Both the position numbers and the translations under genes were made by a program. From Octopus sinensis (lineage: Eukaryota): a stretch of DNA of 64,000 nt. The notes below the pieces were generated by a model. The model had not been told where the DNA came from, did no database searches, and saw nothing but the letters and a program-made list of their open reading frames with translations. Positions 36,990-50,430 of this stretch are shown here, piece by piece; position 1 is the first letter of the stretch, and the number at the start of each line of letters is the position of its first letter. The stretch covers positions 48,360,001 to 48,424,000 of the forward strand of contig NC_043015.1 in the NCBI RefSeq assembly GCF_006345805.1, given 5' to 3'.

Positions 36990-37215
36990 ATTGTTTAGCG
37001 TCCACTTTCCATGCTGGCATGTGTTGGACGGTGCAACTGGGGTCTGGGAAGCCAGAAGGCTGCACCAGGCCCAGTCTGATCTGGCAATGTTTCTACGGCT
37101 GGATGCCCTTCCTAATGCCAACCACTCCATCAGTGTAGTGCATGCTTTTTACGTGCCAGACGAGGTTGGCAAACGGCCACAATCGGATAGTGCTTTTTAC
37201 TTGCCACTGGCACGG
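36990..37215 (-). mobile_element. RTE 3'-UTR-derived element
   Basis: Reverse-complement copy, inverted relative to 35478-35825. Confidence 0.8.
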
Positions 37216-37599
37216 AGGCCAGGATTTCAAAATAATTAAAACAAGGGCAGCGTATTTCAACAGAAATATGCTAACAAAAGGGTTAGGGTAATGTATTTCA
37301 TCCGATATGAGTAAACAGTACGAGAGAGCAACAAGGTCAGTATAATCATATCTAGTCCAGTTGAGATGGAAATGACATTTAAGAGAGTGGACAGCCAATT
37401 ACCAAGTTGAAAAGAGTTAGTTAAAATATTTCAAACATACACACACACATGGCTGACTCATCTTTTTGCTAACTGAAAAGCAACTGCTTCAGCTAAAGAG
37501 GAACAGAGAGTAGTACTACAGAGAGTAGTACAACCCAAGAGGTCTTGCTATCAAGGCCTATTTGTTTATTAATCTTGTGATTTCTTCTATAATTGGTAG

Positions 37600-39240
37600 A
37601 CAGCTGATTACATGACAATTGGGATCAAACATTTTCTGAAAATAATCTTGCCATTGTTGTTGTTAGCATCTCCCCAGAAGCTAAGGTGTCTATGTAGAGT
37701 CAACTCATAAACAATGCACATCTAGTTGTGTCGGTATGGGCAATAAAAGTGTGAAGGTTTTACCGAGGAGGCATAGAGCCAAATGCAATTGGATTTATGA
37801 GGTATAGCTAGAAATAAGGGGAGGTTCCAGGTTGGGTAACTGTAGTCTTGTAGTCCAAGTGTATCAAAGTAGTCTTTGTTCATTTGCATTGATGCTCATG
37901 GGTAGGAAAGAGAATGTTTAGTGTTTTGTTGAGAAATATGCTTGTCAGGTTTTTATCTGATTGTAACCTACATGTAGTAAAAATAATTGTCTACTTTTGA
38001 GGTTAAGATTACTGTTGGTCTTGGCAGATATAGTTTGAAGCATGATACAACCTAGAGTTCTTTGTAACCCGCTTCAAAATACCTGGCAATCAATAATTTC
38101 CAAGTCGATAAGGCTGGCATTCTTCAGATTGTATACAGAGCCTTCTTCTCTATACAGCTCAACTATGAAATAGGAACTTAAAGATTAACATGATGGTACT
38201 AGATTTTTGTCTTGCAAGTTACTCAGTGACCCTGTCAGTACAGGTGTCACTTAACAGTCACAGAAGTCTGGTGCAGGCTTCTGTCAAACCGTCCTTCCCA
38301 TGCCAGCATGGAAGGCAAACATAAAAAGATGATGATGTACTGGCATCAGGCTTCTTATAAGGGCACAAAATATCCCATGGCATGAACACAAGGCCAAAGA
38401 GGACACCTTGTGTCCATCAATTATTATTGCTCAATGCAGGGCAGGCTTTTTTTTTTTTTTTTTTTTTACTAACCGCTCTTGAGCTGAATACCAAACCATA
38501 GTGGGCATTATATTTTGGGGGCTTCCACACCTTAATAGAAGATGAAAACCATTCAACTACATGGATATTATTAGGAAAGACAAACAACATGAAATTGAGC
38601 ATCTGCCAAAGGAGATAAGGCAGATACTGAAGAAGATATAGATGATTGCTGCAAGTATTGCTTTCTGACAGATTTTCAATTCCGAGAAGGGGCTGGGGTC
38701 ATTTTGAGCTTTGTCTTGTATGAATACATGGATTTCATCATGTGCATGATGTTAGGTATATTTTGCAGTCAGTGGCTATTCAGAGAATGGTGTCTTGGTT
38801 AGTTTCTAATTTATCAAAATTGTTGTAAATGGAGACCAGAGAGTAGACATATAATGTAGGGTCATTTTCTTGTTAACACATCTGTTCTTATTTGCTTTCA
38901 CCCAAGTGTTTAGAATGGATCCAACGTTTTCTACTTTGTTTTGGACAGAGTGTCATTGTAGTGTGTCAGATGTAAGGTCATCTTGTTTCAAAAACATGGT
39001 TGACTAGTCTGAGTTGAGAGCGAGGTTGTTTTGTACTGTCCAATTGTAAAACATGTAGGTAGAGGTGAGGTTTTTTATAGGAGACAGAAATAGTGATGTA
39101 TGAATATGTGAGGTATTGCATAGTAGGTGGCAGTGATGATGGTGGTGCAGACATGTCTGATATAAGAGAGTGGCTGACAGGACCCTACACTGCAGGACTT
39201 TTGTTTTTGTTATTGTGGTTTCATCCAAACCACTCTATTG
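37600..39240 (-). mobile_element. Highly degenerate LINE-like remnants, interrupted near 38200-38600
   Basis: Strand-biased composition and broken reading frames weakly reminiscent of EN/RT; the family cannot be assigned. Confidence 0.3.
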
Positions 39241-39554
39241 ACATTAAGTCGTCATAACTTAACACCAAACCACTCTCAAAGATGTTATCAAAACAAAGAT
39301 GCCCCTCCAGTTTTCTCTCCAAATGCTTTCATGTCCAGAAAGTCTAATGTTATCAACTTCTTCCTTTGTTTCTCTTCTGCACTGATTGGAGAGTGCATAA
39401 TCATAGTTTAGCCCTATGTTAGATCCGTTCAGTTGTGTTCTAATATATCAGTAAAACAGTTACTGTCATTTTACAAAACCAGTCTAAATTCACAATTATT
39501 CCAGTCACCAGTTTAATAAGAAAACTGGATTTGAAAGAAAAAGAAAATAACTTA

Positions 39555-39671
<117 letters not shown>

Positions 39672-39936
39672 TTAAGCAGTCTGACAATACTAAAAACAAA
39701 TTAAATTTTGACTAAGTTTTATTTATAGAAAATATAGATCAATTTATTTTTAATCAAAAATATGAATAGAAGACACATTTAAAATAATAAAAATAACGAC
39801 ATTTGCATTACTCTGGCTAATAGAATATAGAATTTTTATAAACTACAATAAATACATTCACATGTCAAAGCTATTCATAAACAACTCAAAAATACAACTA
39901 AGAAATTTTAGTTAAAATAGTTTCTTTTTTAAAATG

Positions 39937-40168
39937 TTTTTTTTTTTTTTTTGTACTTGTTTCAGTCATTTGACTGCGGCCATGCTGGAGCACCGCCTTT
40001 AGAGTGGTGAAAGAGTACAGCAGGGATCACCACCATCCCCTGCCGGAGCCTCGTGGAGCTTTTAGGTGTTTTCGCTCAATAAACACACACAACGCCCGGT
40101 CTGGGAATCGAAACCGCGATCCTCCGACCGCAAGTCCGCTGCCCTAACCACTGGGCCATTGCGCCTCC
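39937..40168 (-). mobile_element. Chimeric SINE: family C tRNA head and body, family A 3' tail, poly(A)
   Basis: Minus strand GGAGGCGCAATGGCCCAGTGGTTAGGGC...GGTTTCGATTCCC...TACTCTTTCACCACT|CTAAAGGCGGTGCTCCAGCATGGCCGCAGTCAAATGACTGAAACAAGTAC(A)16. Confidence 0.8.
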
Positions 40169-40945
40169 TAATGTATGACTACATAAAAAAAAAAAAAAAA
40201 GAAAGAGAGAGAGAGAGAGAGACTGTAACAATTTCTAAGGGTAATGTTATTTGTATTACAATGGCACATGATCAAATACTGCAAGAGCTCAGGTGTAACT
40301 CCACTAATTAAAGTGGATTAATTACTTTGAAACAGCACGTCAGAGCTTGTGGCCAAGTGGTTAGGGGTATTGCACCCATGACTGTGAGATCGGGTTTTGA
40401 TTTCCAGGCCACATGCTGTGCTAGGTTCGTGAGCAAAACATTTCATTTCAATTTGTTCTGCGATTACTTCAACAGCTGACATGTGGCATAGCATGCACCT
40501 GTACCGGCAATATTGACTTGGTGGAAGGAATGAGCTTGAATATACAACAAAGAAATCATCTGTGGAGGTTGTTCAGCAAGAAATTGTGGATTTGTCTTCC
40601 TCAGACCCACGAGACTACTACCAACAACAAAGAGCTCAGCATTCCATTAGAAACTAACAAAGTAAAAAAAGCTTATTCGAGACCTGCATTAACTGTACGA
40701 AATGCTATTATCAAATGCTATCTTATTATAAATATAAATACCCAAGCACTGGTCTTCCTCTCAAATCTGAGGAAGACTTGAGAGACTATCAATAACAAAT
40801 AGCTCAACATTCCATAGCAAAACTTGATAAAGAAAAAATGTTGAAACCCGCATTGACCGTAGGAAATACTATTATTAAAAATGGTGAAAAAAAATATGAA
40901 TCTTCAAGCACTGGTCTAGCATAATTGAGAATCAAAAAGACTTAC

Positions 40946-41109
40946 CTTGCAGCTTGAACAGCACTAAGCTGAACTGATGGTTCATTGCTGGCAGCATTTT
41001 GAACAATTGTTTGTAAATTCTGTGTTGTTGGTTTTTCATTGTCTTCAGAATCAGTACTATCTTGGGCAGGAACATTCCGTCGTTTCAGTATATGTAAATC
41101 CCTTTTATT
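40946..41109 (-). CDS. KPNA3: Importin alpha-3/4 exon 3: NKRDLHILKRRNVPAQDSTDSEDNEKPTTQNLQTIVQNAASNEPSVQLSAVQAA(R)
   Basis: TTCAATAG acceptor, GTAAGT donor, 164 nt, phase 0 to 2. Contains the IBB autoinhibitory KRRNV motif. Confidence 0.96.
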
Positions 41110-41277
41110 CTATTGAACAGAACCAAAACGCTTACTTAGATATAGGCATCAAACTTTTTAAAAACACCATCACAAAATCAAATCAATACAGAACAGAATT
41201 TAAGAGCTTTTGACATATTCTGCACTTTGGAATTAAAACTATGATATAACGACAAACCTATAATGGTAACTCCCATA

Positions 41278-41668
41278 GGCGTAGGAGTGGTTGTGTGGTA
41301 AGTAGCTTGCTTACGAACCACATGGTTCCGAGTTCAGTCCCATTGTGTGGCACCTTGGGCAAGTGTCTTCTACTATAGCCTCAGGCCGACCAAAGCCTTG
41401 CGAGTGGATTTGGTAGACGGAAACTGAAAGAAGCCCGTCGTATATATGTATATATATATGTGTGTGTTGTGTTTATCCCCCCCAACATCGCTTGACAACC
41501 GATGCTGGTGTGTTTACGTCCCCGTAACTTAGCGGTTCGGCAAAAGAGACCGATAGAATAAGTACTAGGCTTACAAAGAATAAGTCCTGGGGTCGATTTG
41601 CTCGACTAAAGGCGGTGCTCCAGCATGGCCATGGTCAAATGACTGAAACAAGTAAATGAGTAATGAGT
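41278..41668 (+). mobile_element. Family A SINE, full length
   Basis: Intact head, core and tail; 169 bp from the exon 3 acceptor. Confidence 0.92.
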
Positions 41669-42319
41669 ATAGAATACTCAACGAGATCCTATCACTATAC
41701 CGCATCCAACAATTTCTGCTGGAAGCACTACTGTCTTAACATTAATAAGTATTAAGAGGACTACTTTATGGATGTAGTTACAGCATGGAAGACACAATAT
41801 TAGCTATTCAAAACCATACAAAGACCTAACCATTTATTATTTGGTGCCAACATTTTCTTAGCACCAATTGCAACAAAGTCACTAACACAGTTCCACTTCA
41901 GTGATTAACAGCTGCTAATTCCCTACAACATCTAAACGGAGCTCATCATTGAAAACAACAAGCTTTCACTGATTTGCATTCAGAAACTATCTCATCATCT
42001 CATCTGCACCAATGCAGCAGTATCTCTCCTGTGCTGTTTTCTATTAAGTACACAGCTCCTCTGAACTTCCACCCACATCTAATCACTATAAACATCAATT
42101 TTTCATACAAAATATTCTAATTCTTCAACACTAAGGTAGACGTTCTATGATGTCCCACATGTAAATTAACATCATGTACATCTATCTGCTTCTATGTCCC
42201 AACCTAAAACATTCCTTTTTAAGTGATCATCTTACTCATGCACTCATCTTCGATGTGAGAGGGATGCAATAGCAATGGGCATTAATCTTACTGATGAAGT
42301 ATATTTTAATGCTTAAATA

Positions 42320-42549
42320 TTAACCCTTTCGTTACCAACCCGGCTGAAACCGGCTCTGGCTCTGTAGTACAAATATCTTGTTTTCAAAAGTTCTGAATTA
42401 AAATCTTCCATCAAACCTTAGTCACAATTTATGTTCCTAACACTAGCTTAATGATAACGAAGTTATTTCACTAAATTCTTTGTTATATTTAAAATTAATT
42501 GAAAGAAACACAGAGCATCTCAAAATAAATACAGTAACAAAAGGGTTAA
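42320..42549 (+). mobile_element. piggyBac-type MITE, sister of 32323-32550
   Basis: TTAA|CCCTTTCGTTAC...GTAACAAAAGGG|TTAA; near-identical interior. Confidence 0.9.
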
Positions 42550-44802
42550 GCTAATGAAAATTTTTTTCTTAAAACTGTTAATACTATTTAATATAATACT
42601 ATTTAATGAAAATTGAAGATCTTTTGTTTAAGCCCAGGAGAATATTACTGTAGTGTTATTAATCCAAAAGAATTTGATCACAGAACTAAAACTGAAGTAG
42701 TTATAATTAAAGTTAGGTATATAATTATATATAGTCAACTCTTTCATGGCCAACCCAACTGTAACTGCCTGAAGAAAATTTTAGCAAAGAGTAATAATTA
42801 CCAAAAAGCCTGAAACCAGCCTCAATGACATTCATATTTTAATGAGAATTTCAGCACAAATTTCATTAGTATGTTCATGAAAATGTGATTTCACTATGTA
42901 AACAACTAAGTTACATTATTGTACATGATATCTGAGTGCTGAAAATTTTTGGAGATTTCCCCACCCATTTTTTGCTACTTCAATTGACGAAAAACGGATG
43001 GCAGTTTTGTGTTGTCAAGCAGTGAGTTTGAATTCGAAGTATTTTCTAAAGAGATATAAACAGCAAACATGAAAACCATGTGTAATTATAAATCGGATAT
43101 TTCTTTTTGTGAAAGAAAAACAGTTCCGATAGTGATTAAAAGAAAAAAAAATTAAAATTTGTACATGAATACAGGAAGAATTTCAAAATTGTTTCTCTTG
43201 CTTATTTTTAGTAAGATATTAGGAGGACCTAACCAGTCTTTCCAAGGAAATGAAGCCCTTTTTTTTTTTTTTTTTTTTTTTTTACTTTGAAGTGAGAAAC
43301 CAATCATTATGCAGAATAAAAAAAAATATTTTGAGGTTTCCCATAAACTTGGAAAATTAGAAATCCAAGCGTTTTTAGGAATATAGTGTGTGGGTGTGCA
43401 TATAAATTTGATTTATAAATATTTTTTTCAAATATACTCCATTTTTTATTTTATAGTTACCTGTAATTTTAATTTACCCTTAAGACTGCATGACAACGTT
43501 TAATTAGTTTGAATTCATCATCACCTATCACCTTTAACATCTATCTTCCATGCATGAATGGGTAGGACAGTTGACAGGAGCCGGCCAAGTAGAAAAACTA
43601 CTCTAGGCTATTGTGTCTGTTTTGGCAAGGATTTTATGACAGGGTCCCCCACTCTCTTATTAGAATAAAGGAGTGGCTTGTTAGAGCTGTTCAAGCCATG
43701 TAGAGCAAGGCTGTCAGTAAAGTGAGAGTTGGCCTTGAACAGTGATGAATTTAAAGTACAAGTTATGAATCATTCTGTGTTTCTGTGTATCTATGTACAC
43801 ATGTGAGTTTATCAAAATTGTGTTGCATACTCATTGAATATTAGCTAATAACTCATTTTCTACATTGATGCTTAAACAAAATTTAAATACCTTTACATTT
43901 TGTTGAATTTACCTGATTTACCAGTAATCAGATTTGCTTTGAGATAAAAATTACGAAATAGATTTGATTAAGAACTTTTTATTGTGTTCCAAAAATCATA
44001 TTAATAAATAAAACAGAGTTGTTTTATGAAATTAGTTTAAATTCACAATTATTTTAGAATTTAATTGAAACACAAAGGTTTCTTTACATGCAGGTTTCTT
44101 ATCATCATAAGTGTTTTAATGTCTACTTTTCTGCACTTGCATGAGTCAGACCAGACTATATTAGGGTAGGATTCTCTGTGACTGAATGTTCCTCTTTTCG
44201 TTAGAAATATAGTAATGAAAGGATTAAGTATATAATTATATAAAGTTAGGTACCTAACTTAGTAACTGTGTTCTGCATAATGATTATTTTTGGTAAGATA
44301 CCTAAAGTTTTAAATTTGAATAAAAAAGTTTATTCAAAATGTAATATCTAAATAAAATTCAAATAAAGGACAATGAAATCTCAAGTTGTTTTTAAAAATT
44401 ACAACTTTATATATGCTATGCCTTTAATTTAAAGCCATTGCAATCATCTATAATACTGGTTTCAAATTTTGGCACAAGGCCAGTTATTTTGGACGATGGG
44501 TAAGTTGATTACATCAATCCCAATCATCAACTGGTACTTATTTTATCAACCCTGAAAAGATGAAAGGCAAAGTCAGTCTCAACAAAATGCTTTGCAGCAT
44601 TTTGTTCAGCAGTGGTAACGATTCTGCTAGCTTGCTGCTTTATAATATTGGATGTAAGAAAGCAGTCGGATCATTTTAAATATTGCTCAATGCAATCAGA
44701 GTCAGAAACATTCAAAAGGTTTTCTCATTTTCTATTTTACATTATGTACAAATTCCCAAACTATTTTGTGTTTCAATTTCTAAATGGCAAAAACAAACAA
44801 AC

Positions 44803-44847
44803 CTTTCTCAATTCAACTGTTACTTCAGTTCTTCTTCTTCGCATTTC
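44803..44847 (-). CDS. KPNA3: Importin alpha-3/4 exon 2: EMRRRRTEVTVELRK
   Basis: ATCTTACAG acceptor, GTTTGT donor, 45 nt, phase 0/0. IBB domain RRRR..V.VELRK. Confidence 0.95.
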
Positions 44848-44981
44848 CTGTAAGATAAGATATATCAACATCAGAACATTTCTCAAGCATTAAAATCATA
44901 TTCAAAGAAAATTCCGCTAAAACAGAAACAGTGCCAAAATATAAACGGAGCAAGATTATCCCTTTATAAGATAAGTCTTTA

Positions 44982-45350
44982 GGTGTAGGAGTGGCTGTGT
45001 GGTATGTAGCTTGCTTACGAACCACATGGTTCCGGGTTCAGTCCCACTGCGTGGCACCTTGGGCCGACCAAAGCCTTGTGAGTGGATTTGGTAGACGGAA
45101 ACTGAAAGCCTGTCGTATATATGTATGCATATATGTGTGTGTGTATGTTTGTACGTCTTGGTTTGTTCAGCCCCCAACATCACTTGACAACCGATGCTGG
45201 TGTGTTTACATCCCTGTAACTTAGTGGTTCAGCAAAAGGGACCGATAGAATAAGCACTAGGCTTGCAAAGAATAAGTCCTGGGGTCAATTTGCTCGACTA
45301 AAGGCAATGCTCGAGCATGGCCACAGTCATATGACTGAAACAAGTAAAAT
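44982..45350 (+). mobile_element. Family A SINE, near full length
   Basis: 135 bp from the exon 2 acceptor; has a core deletion. Confidence 0.9.
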
Positions 45351-45424
45351 AATTATTAATTTGGAGTTTTGGTGATTTTTAAGTGGTACATATTTTCACA
45401 AGCTAAAAACAATAATTCTAGTAT

Positions 45425-45535
45425 GCCAGATCAGACTGGGCCTGATGCAGCCTTCTGGCTTCACAGACCCCAGTTGAACCGTCCAACCCATGCTAGCATG
45501 GAAAGCGGACGCTAAATGGCGATGATGATGATGAA
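45425..45535 (+). mobile_element. RTE 3'-tail repeat
   Basis: CCAGATCAGACTGG...CCATGCTAGCATGGAAAGCGGACGCTAAATGGCGATGATGATGATG. An inverted partner lies at 47222-47385. Confidence 0.8.
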
Positions 45536-45722
45536 ATTGCAGAAATCTTTCAAAACCAAATAAATAAGTCTGTGTTTTCTGCAAGTGCATAATCTATTGG
45601 TAATGAGAGAGTTGCAGTACACTGCACCCTAACTGTAATAGAATCTGTTTCTATGAATTAGATTTTGCTGTCAACAACTTTTTCACAGTTGGTAGTTAAA
45701 ATCTTATCTATTTTACTATTAA

Positions 45723-46085
45723 CTAGCACTATGACCCGGCGTTGACCCGGTCATAGTGCTAGTGCATGCATATACAGCTGCGTTCATGTGCACATACACG
45801 CGAGTACTGTCCAAATCTCCGACCAATCACATACAGCTAGCTGGCATTCAATTGGTGTATCAAGTTTTGGGCATTTTGATTGGGTTTTGGATAGAAAATT
45901 CACAAAAAAGTCCCTTCTATTGATTTTTTAATGGCTTTGCATGGTGACTGGGGAAATGTAAAGATGTGCACGACCACCCTTGGACGGTTTTAAATGACCA
46001 TAGAAAGTGCGAGCCCTCTAACTGAACAATTATGGATTTGTATAAAGGATACAGACAGACATTTTGCCGTCTATATATAGAGAGA
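45723..46085 (-). mobile_element. Non-autonomous Helitron, second family
   Basis: A|TCTCTCTATATATAGACGGCAAAATG...CTAG|T, with a 15-bp perfect inverted repeat ACTAGCACTATGACC/GGTCATAGTGCTAGT at the 3' end. Confidence 0.8.
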
Positions 46086-47612
46086 TACCAGTTCCCGCTT
46101 TCCCATTTTTCAATGTTTTGTAGATTTTTATTTGTAGCTGCTCAATGGTTCTGACTCTCAAGGGAATGGTCTCCAAATTGTCTCTTTAACACTCAATATA
46201 AAAATATTTTAACCTCATATACAGCAGAAAAACAAGTACTCTAACTAGTCTCAACTACTAATTTTAACTAGTTTTCAGAGAGCCCTTGTATGGTAGCTCA
46301 ACTTGTTAGAAATAGCAACCAAACCCTCCTCAAATCACGTCTTACCACCTTACAAAAGGAAGGATTCACTAGGTAATGTAATTCTAGATACATTATAGCC
46401 GAAAATAAAGAAAGGATGGTAATAGCTGAATTACCATTGATTAGATTTGACCTAGGCAAAATAGCTACCATCTTATTAAGCAATAAGAGATAAATCCAAA
46501 ATTACAAATCTCATCTAAGTAATTATTTTTATATAATTAATTTACCATTCACGAAGTAAAGGCAAATGTCGAAATCCTAAACCTTAGAGTTGATCCACAA
46601 TAAAAACAAGACATTAACTTTTGTTAACAATATTGACTGGGGCTGCTCAAAAACTACCCTAACCATATTTTCTGGGATTTTCTAGACTTTTCCAAAATAT
46701 CTACATCTTCCATCCCATTCTCTCTATTACAACTCTGGTTACCTAAAATCATCTCTTTCCACCATCCCCAGCATAAAAACTCTGATAACAAATGCTTTGG
46801 AGCCAAAACCAAAAGAACAATCTGTTCTTTGCATCCCTGAGACATCTAAATACTTTTTCCTATTTCTGGCCTCACCACCTCAAACTACTGACTTAAATCA
46901 CACCACAATCCCTCTCACAACTAAGTAGGCCAAAGCTTTATCAATACATCAAAGTCTCTGACCATTGAATTCAGCCAAGAGATCAATTCTCTGCTAGTTC
47001 TAAGCAGATTATCTTAGGTGACATGTGGTATAAATAATATTACTTCATGAGATATTAGCCACGAAATACACACCATCTTGAGATATTTGCATATCACCAA
47101 AAGCCATAAATTAATCAAAGCAAATCCTTTATCAAGAAATGTGAAGTCACCGAGAAAGTAAAAAGCAGTTTTCAAACCCGGAAACCACAAATCTTTTAAT
47201 CACTATTCACAATCACTGTAAGATCATCATCATCGTTTTGCATCCACTTTCCATGCTAGCATGGGTTGGATGGTTCAACTGGGGTCTGGGAAGCCAGAAG
47301 GCTGCACCAGGCCGTCTGATCTGGCAATGTTTCTACGGCTGGATGCCTTTCCTAATGCCAACCACTCCGTGAGTGTAGTGGGTAATCAAGCAGAACTTTC
47401 AACCTCATTGCTAATTGTCTTAATTTCAATAAATAATCCTTCATTACTCATTTTGATAAACGTATGTCACTGCCCACTCACCCTGTCCAACCCATTTCAC
47501 TTATATTCCCCTGCCTCTGGGGGTATGCCCAGACACCTCTCCACTGCCATCTTATTTTTTTTTTTTCAACTGGAGTAGCCATGTGTTGCTGTTCCTCTAT
47601 CATACTCTAACC

Positions 47613-47769
47613 CAGGGTCTCCAAAGTGGTCGATGGCGACCCACCACCCAATATGGAATCGATAAATGCACATCTACCTAATTATTGTTTCCTGTACATG
47701 CCTGGGGGGCAATGGGGAGTGAAGGATTCCATGAAGGGGTTGATGGTGTAAAAAGTTTGGGGATCCCTA
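47613..47769. mobile_element. hAT (Charlie-like) MITE 1
   Basis: TIRs CAGGGTCTCCAAAGT and AGTTTGGGGATCCCTA; flanking 8-mers CTCTAACC and CTCTAAGT. Confidence 0.7.
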
Positions 47770-47777
47770 CTCTAAGT

Positions 47778-48028
47778 TAATGGTTCTCAACCATTTTTTG
47801 CCTATGAACCCCTTTGATTCCTATTTTATTCAGAGTGGGGGAACCCTCATAGCTATTCAATGTTTAAAATATCCTATTATATTTTTATAATTGAATATTA
47901 TTAGGAATTGCATAAAAACTTTTTTTTTTAAACTGTTAAGATTTTTGTATATTGTAGAAATATAACCAATTTATTGCACTTAAAGCTTAATAACAAAATC
48001 TTATATGGACCCTGGTTGAGAACCATTT
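47778..48028. mobile_element. hAT (Charlie-like) MITE 2
   Basis: Perfect 15-bp TIR AATGGTTCTCAACCA/TGGTTGAGAACCATT; flanking 8-mers CTCTAAGT and CTCTAACC. Confidence 0.75.
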
Positions 48029-49452
48029 CTCTAACCTCTCATCACCTGATAGAAACCCACCTCGTTCTATACTACTTCTCTTCTCAGTTGAGGGATCTTT
48101 GTCTTCCAAGTTGCATGGTGACCTTACTTTTGCCACGAGAAAAGCACTCAGTATACTCTATAAAGTGGTTGGTATTAGGTAGGGCATCCAACCATAGAAA
48201 CCATGCCAGAGCAGACAGTAGAAGTTGGCGCAATCTTCTAGCTTGCAGCTTCTGTCCACACGGAAAGCAGATGCTAAATGGTAATGATGATGTGTGTTAA
48301 TGCAAGGTGGAATTCTGAATATTATCAGAGGAATACATAAGGACCAAAAGCATAGGAAAAGAACTCGGAGCAAGATAGTAAAGACACAGGGTCAATATTT
48401 AGTTTGATAACTGTGCTTTGTTAAAATTATCTCAAAATATCGAGAAAGCTAGTCTTTGTATTGGTATTCACCTCAAAGAATTAACTATCATTTGAGATCA
48501 GACTTGAAGCCAGTTCACTTTTGATTAGAGAAGATGGGAACTATTTTAAACTTGTGTCCAGTGTCAGCTCAGCTTTTAATAATCGCTGACTGATTTGATT
48601 TCCAAGATAATCCACATCAAAGCATCTGCAAGTGTAACCATAAACTACTGAAAGATCAGCTCCAGAGAGAAGCAACATTATTATATTCTAGAATTATCAT
48701 CATTGTCTTGAGCATAATAGATCACATGGCTCAAATTAAGAACAGTGAACAATGACCAATTTATACAACTGAACAGAATATATGAAAGTAGCAAACTTTT
48801 AATTGAGGGGATTTTTTTTTCAACATTGACAGCAAAAACTACTATAATAAAGCCTGGCATCAGAACTTATGATTTTTATGATGAGGAATCATGCTGCAAA
48901 CGGGGCTCATTGGGACACAGTTATGTAGGGTAAATACAAAAACAATGCAGGAATAGTAGTATGTTGTTCAGCAAAGAATATAGTTGAAACTGAAGCTTGT
49001 GTTTTAACTAGGCATTAGAAATACTTTAGTAAACATGACTCCAACAACAGTGTTGGGCCCTATCTTAGCATACTGCTTTTTATGAAGAGGTTAATTGCTT
49101 CCACATAAGATTCAAATTAGAAGCAGTGCAGGCCTCCTCAAATCAGTTATTTTCTCAGCAACATTGCTCCAGAATCTATGTAACTATGTCACCATATTTC
49201 TGTCAAGACAATTTACCTTTGTCTTAATTGAGTCTGAAAATAATGAAGAAGTCAGTAAAATAACCTTGTCTACACTGAGCTGGCGTTTGGAACATAAATT
49301 AACATGAAATTTTGTGGGAAGGTTTTAATTTAAATCGCTTTAAAATGAGGACTTGGTATGATAGAACCAAGGGTGGGCTCAGGCAGGGTAGTATCAAAAG
49401 GGTTAAAAGTCAGTAAATGATTATATGGTACTGAATCACATCTGCAATAATT

Positions 49453-49672
49453 TTAATCCTTTAGCATTTAAACTGGCCATATCCAGCTCAAATATTCAAC
49501 CCATTGTAAGTTCAAACAGTCCAGATCTTGCCTTTTACACCTGTCCAACAATGTCATTCAAAAATAACCCCATCATCAAAATATCAAAGCTACAAGATAA
49601 TACATAATTCAAAACAATGTGAAAAAAAAAAGCATTACATTTGACAGAATAATCTGAATGCTAAAGGGTTAA
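49453..49672. mobile_element. piggyBac-type MITE (CCCTTTAGCATT family)
   Basis: TTAA|TCCTTTAGCATT...AATGCTAAAGGG|TTAA. Confidence 0.8.
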
Positions 49673-50119
49673 ATACATGAGTTCTTATAAGATACAAGAG
49701 GAAAAATTTTATTAAAAAGTTCTGAAGGATATATAATTTTTAGCATCCACAGTAAAATGAATCAAAAATAGCCCTGCAGATTAAAGACTGAGAAAGTATT
49801 ACAACCTCAACACTGAATATGCAGGCCATACTATTTGGGGACAGTAGAAAACAATTTGGTTCTTATAAATTTAATCCTTTCAGCAGCAAAGTCAATAAAT
49901 ATCCAATTTTCACAGGAGGGATTCATATTGTTAATATTAACCTTTTAGCATTGAAACCAGCCATATTCAGGCCCAGCAGTCTACGTGTTTTATTATGAAA
50001 TTGGCCAAATCTGGTGTCACACCTACCCTACATCACTCCAAGAACAATCACACCATCAAAATCTCAAAGCTACAAGATAATAATGCATGATTAATTCAAA
50101 ATAATAAGAATCACATTTG

Positions 50120-50430
50120 ACAAAGTAAAAGGGTAAAGACCCCTTTGGTCAAGAATGACCACGAGACTCCACCTAGAAAGTTCCCCTCCGAGGAACAAGT
50201 CCGGACAAGGATATTTATGGAAGACCAGCAGTTGCCCATGCATACCAGCCTCCCCTCTCCACGTCAATGTTATCCAAGGGAAAAGCAAAAGCCAATACAG
50301 CTTGGCACCAGTGACATTGCAACTCATTTTTACAGCCGAGTTAACTAGAGCAACTAAAAATGTCTTGCTCAAGAACACCACACAGCCTGATCCAGGAATT
50401 GAACTCACTACCTAATGATTGTGAGCCAGA
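50120..50430 (-). mobile_element. Older tRNA-derived CORE-like SINE nested in a MITE
   Basis: Minus strand GAGTTCAATTCCTGG (B box) then GTGTTCTTGAGCAAGACA..., flanked by the halves of a CCCTTTAGCATT-family MITE (~49938-50470). Confidence 0.55.

Noticed and set aside
40085-40168. tRNA-like sequence on the minus strand (also 2963-3020 and the heads of families A and B)
   Set aside because: A and B boxes are present but there is no complete cloverleaf or acceptor stem, and each continues into a SINE body.
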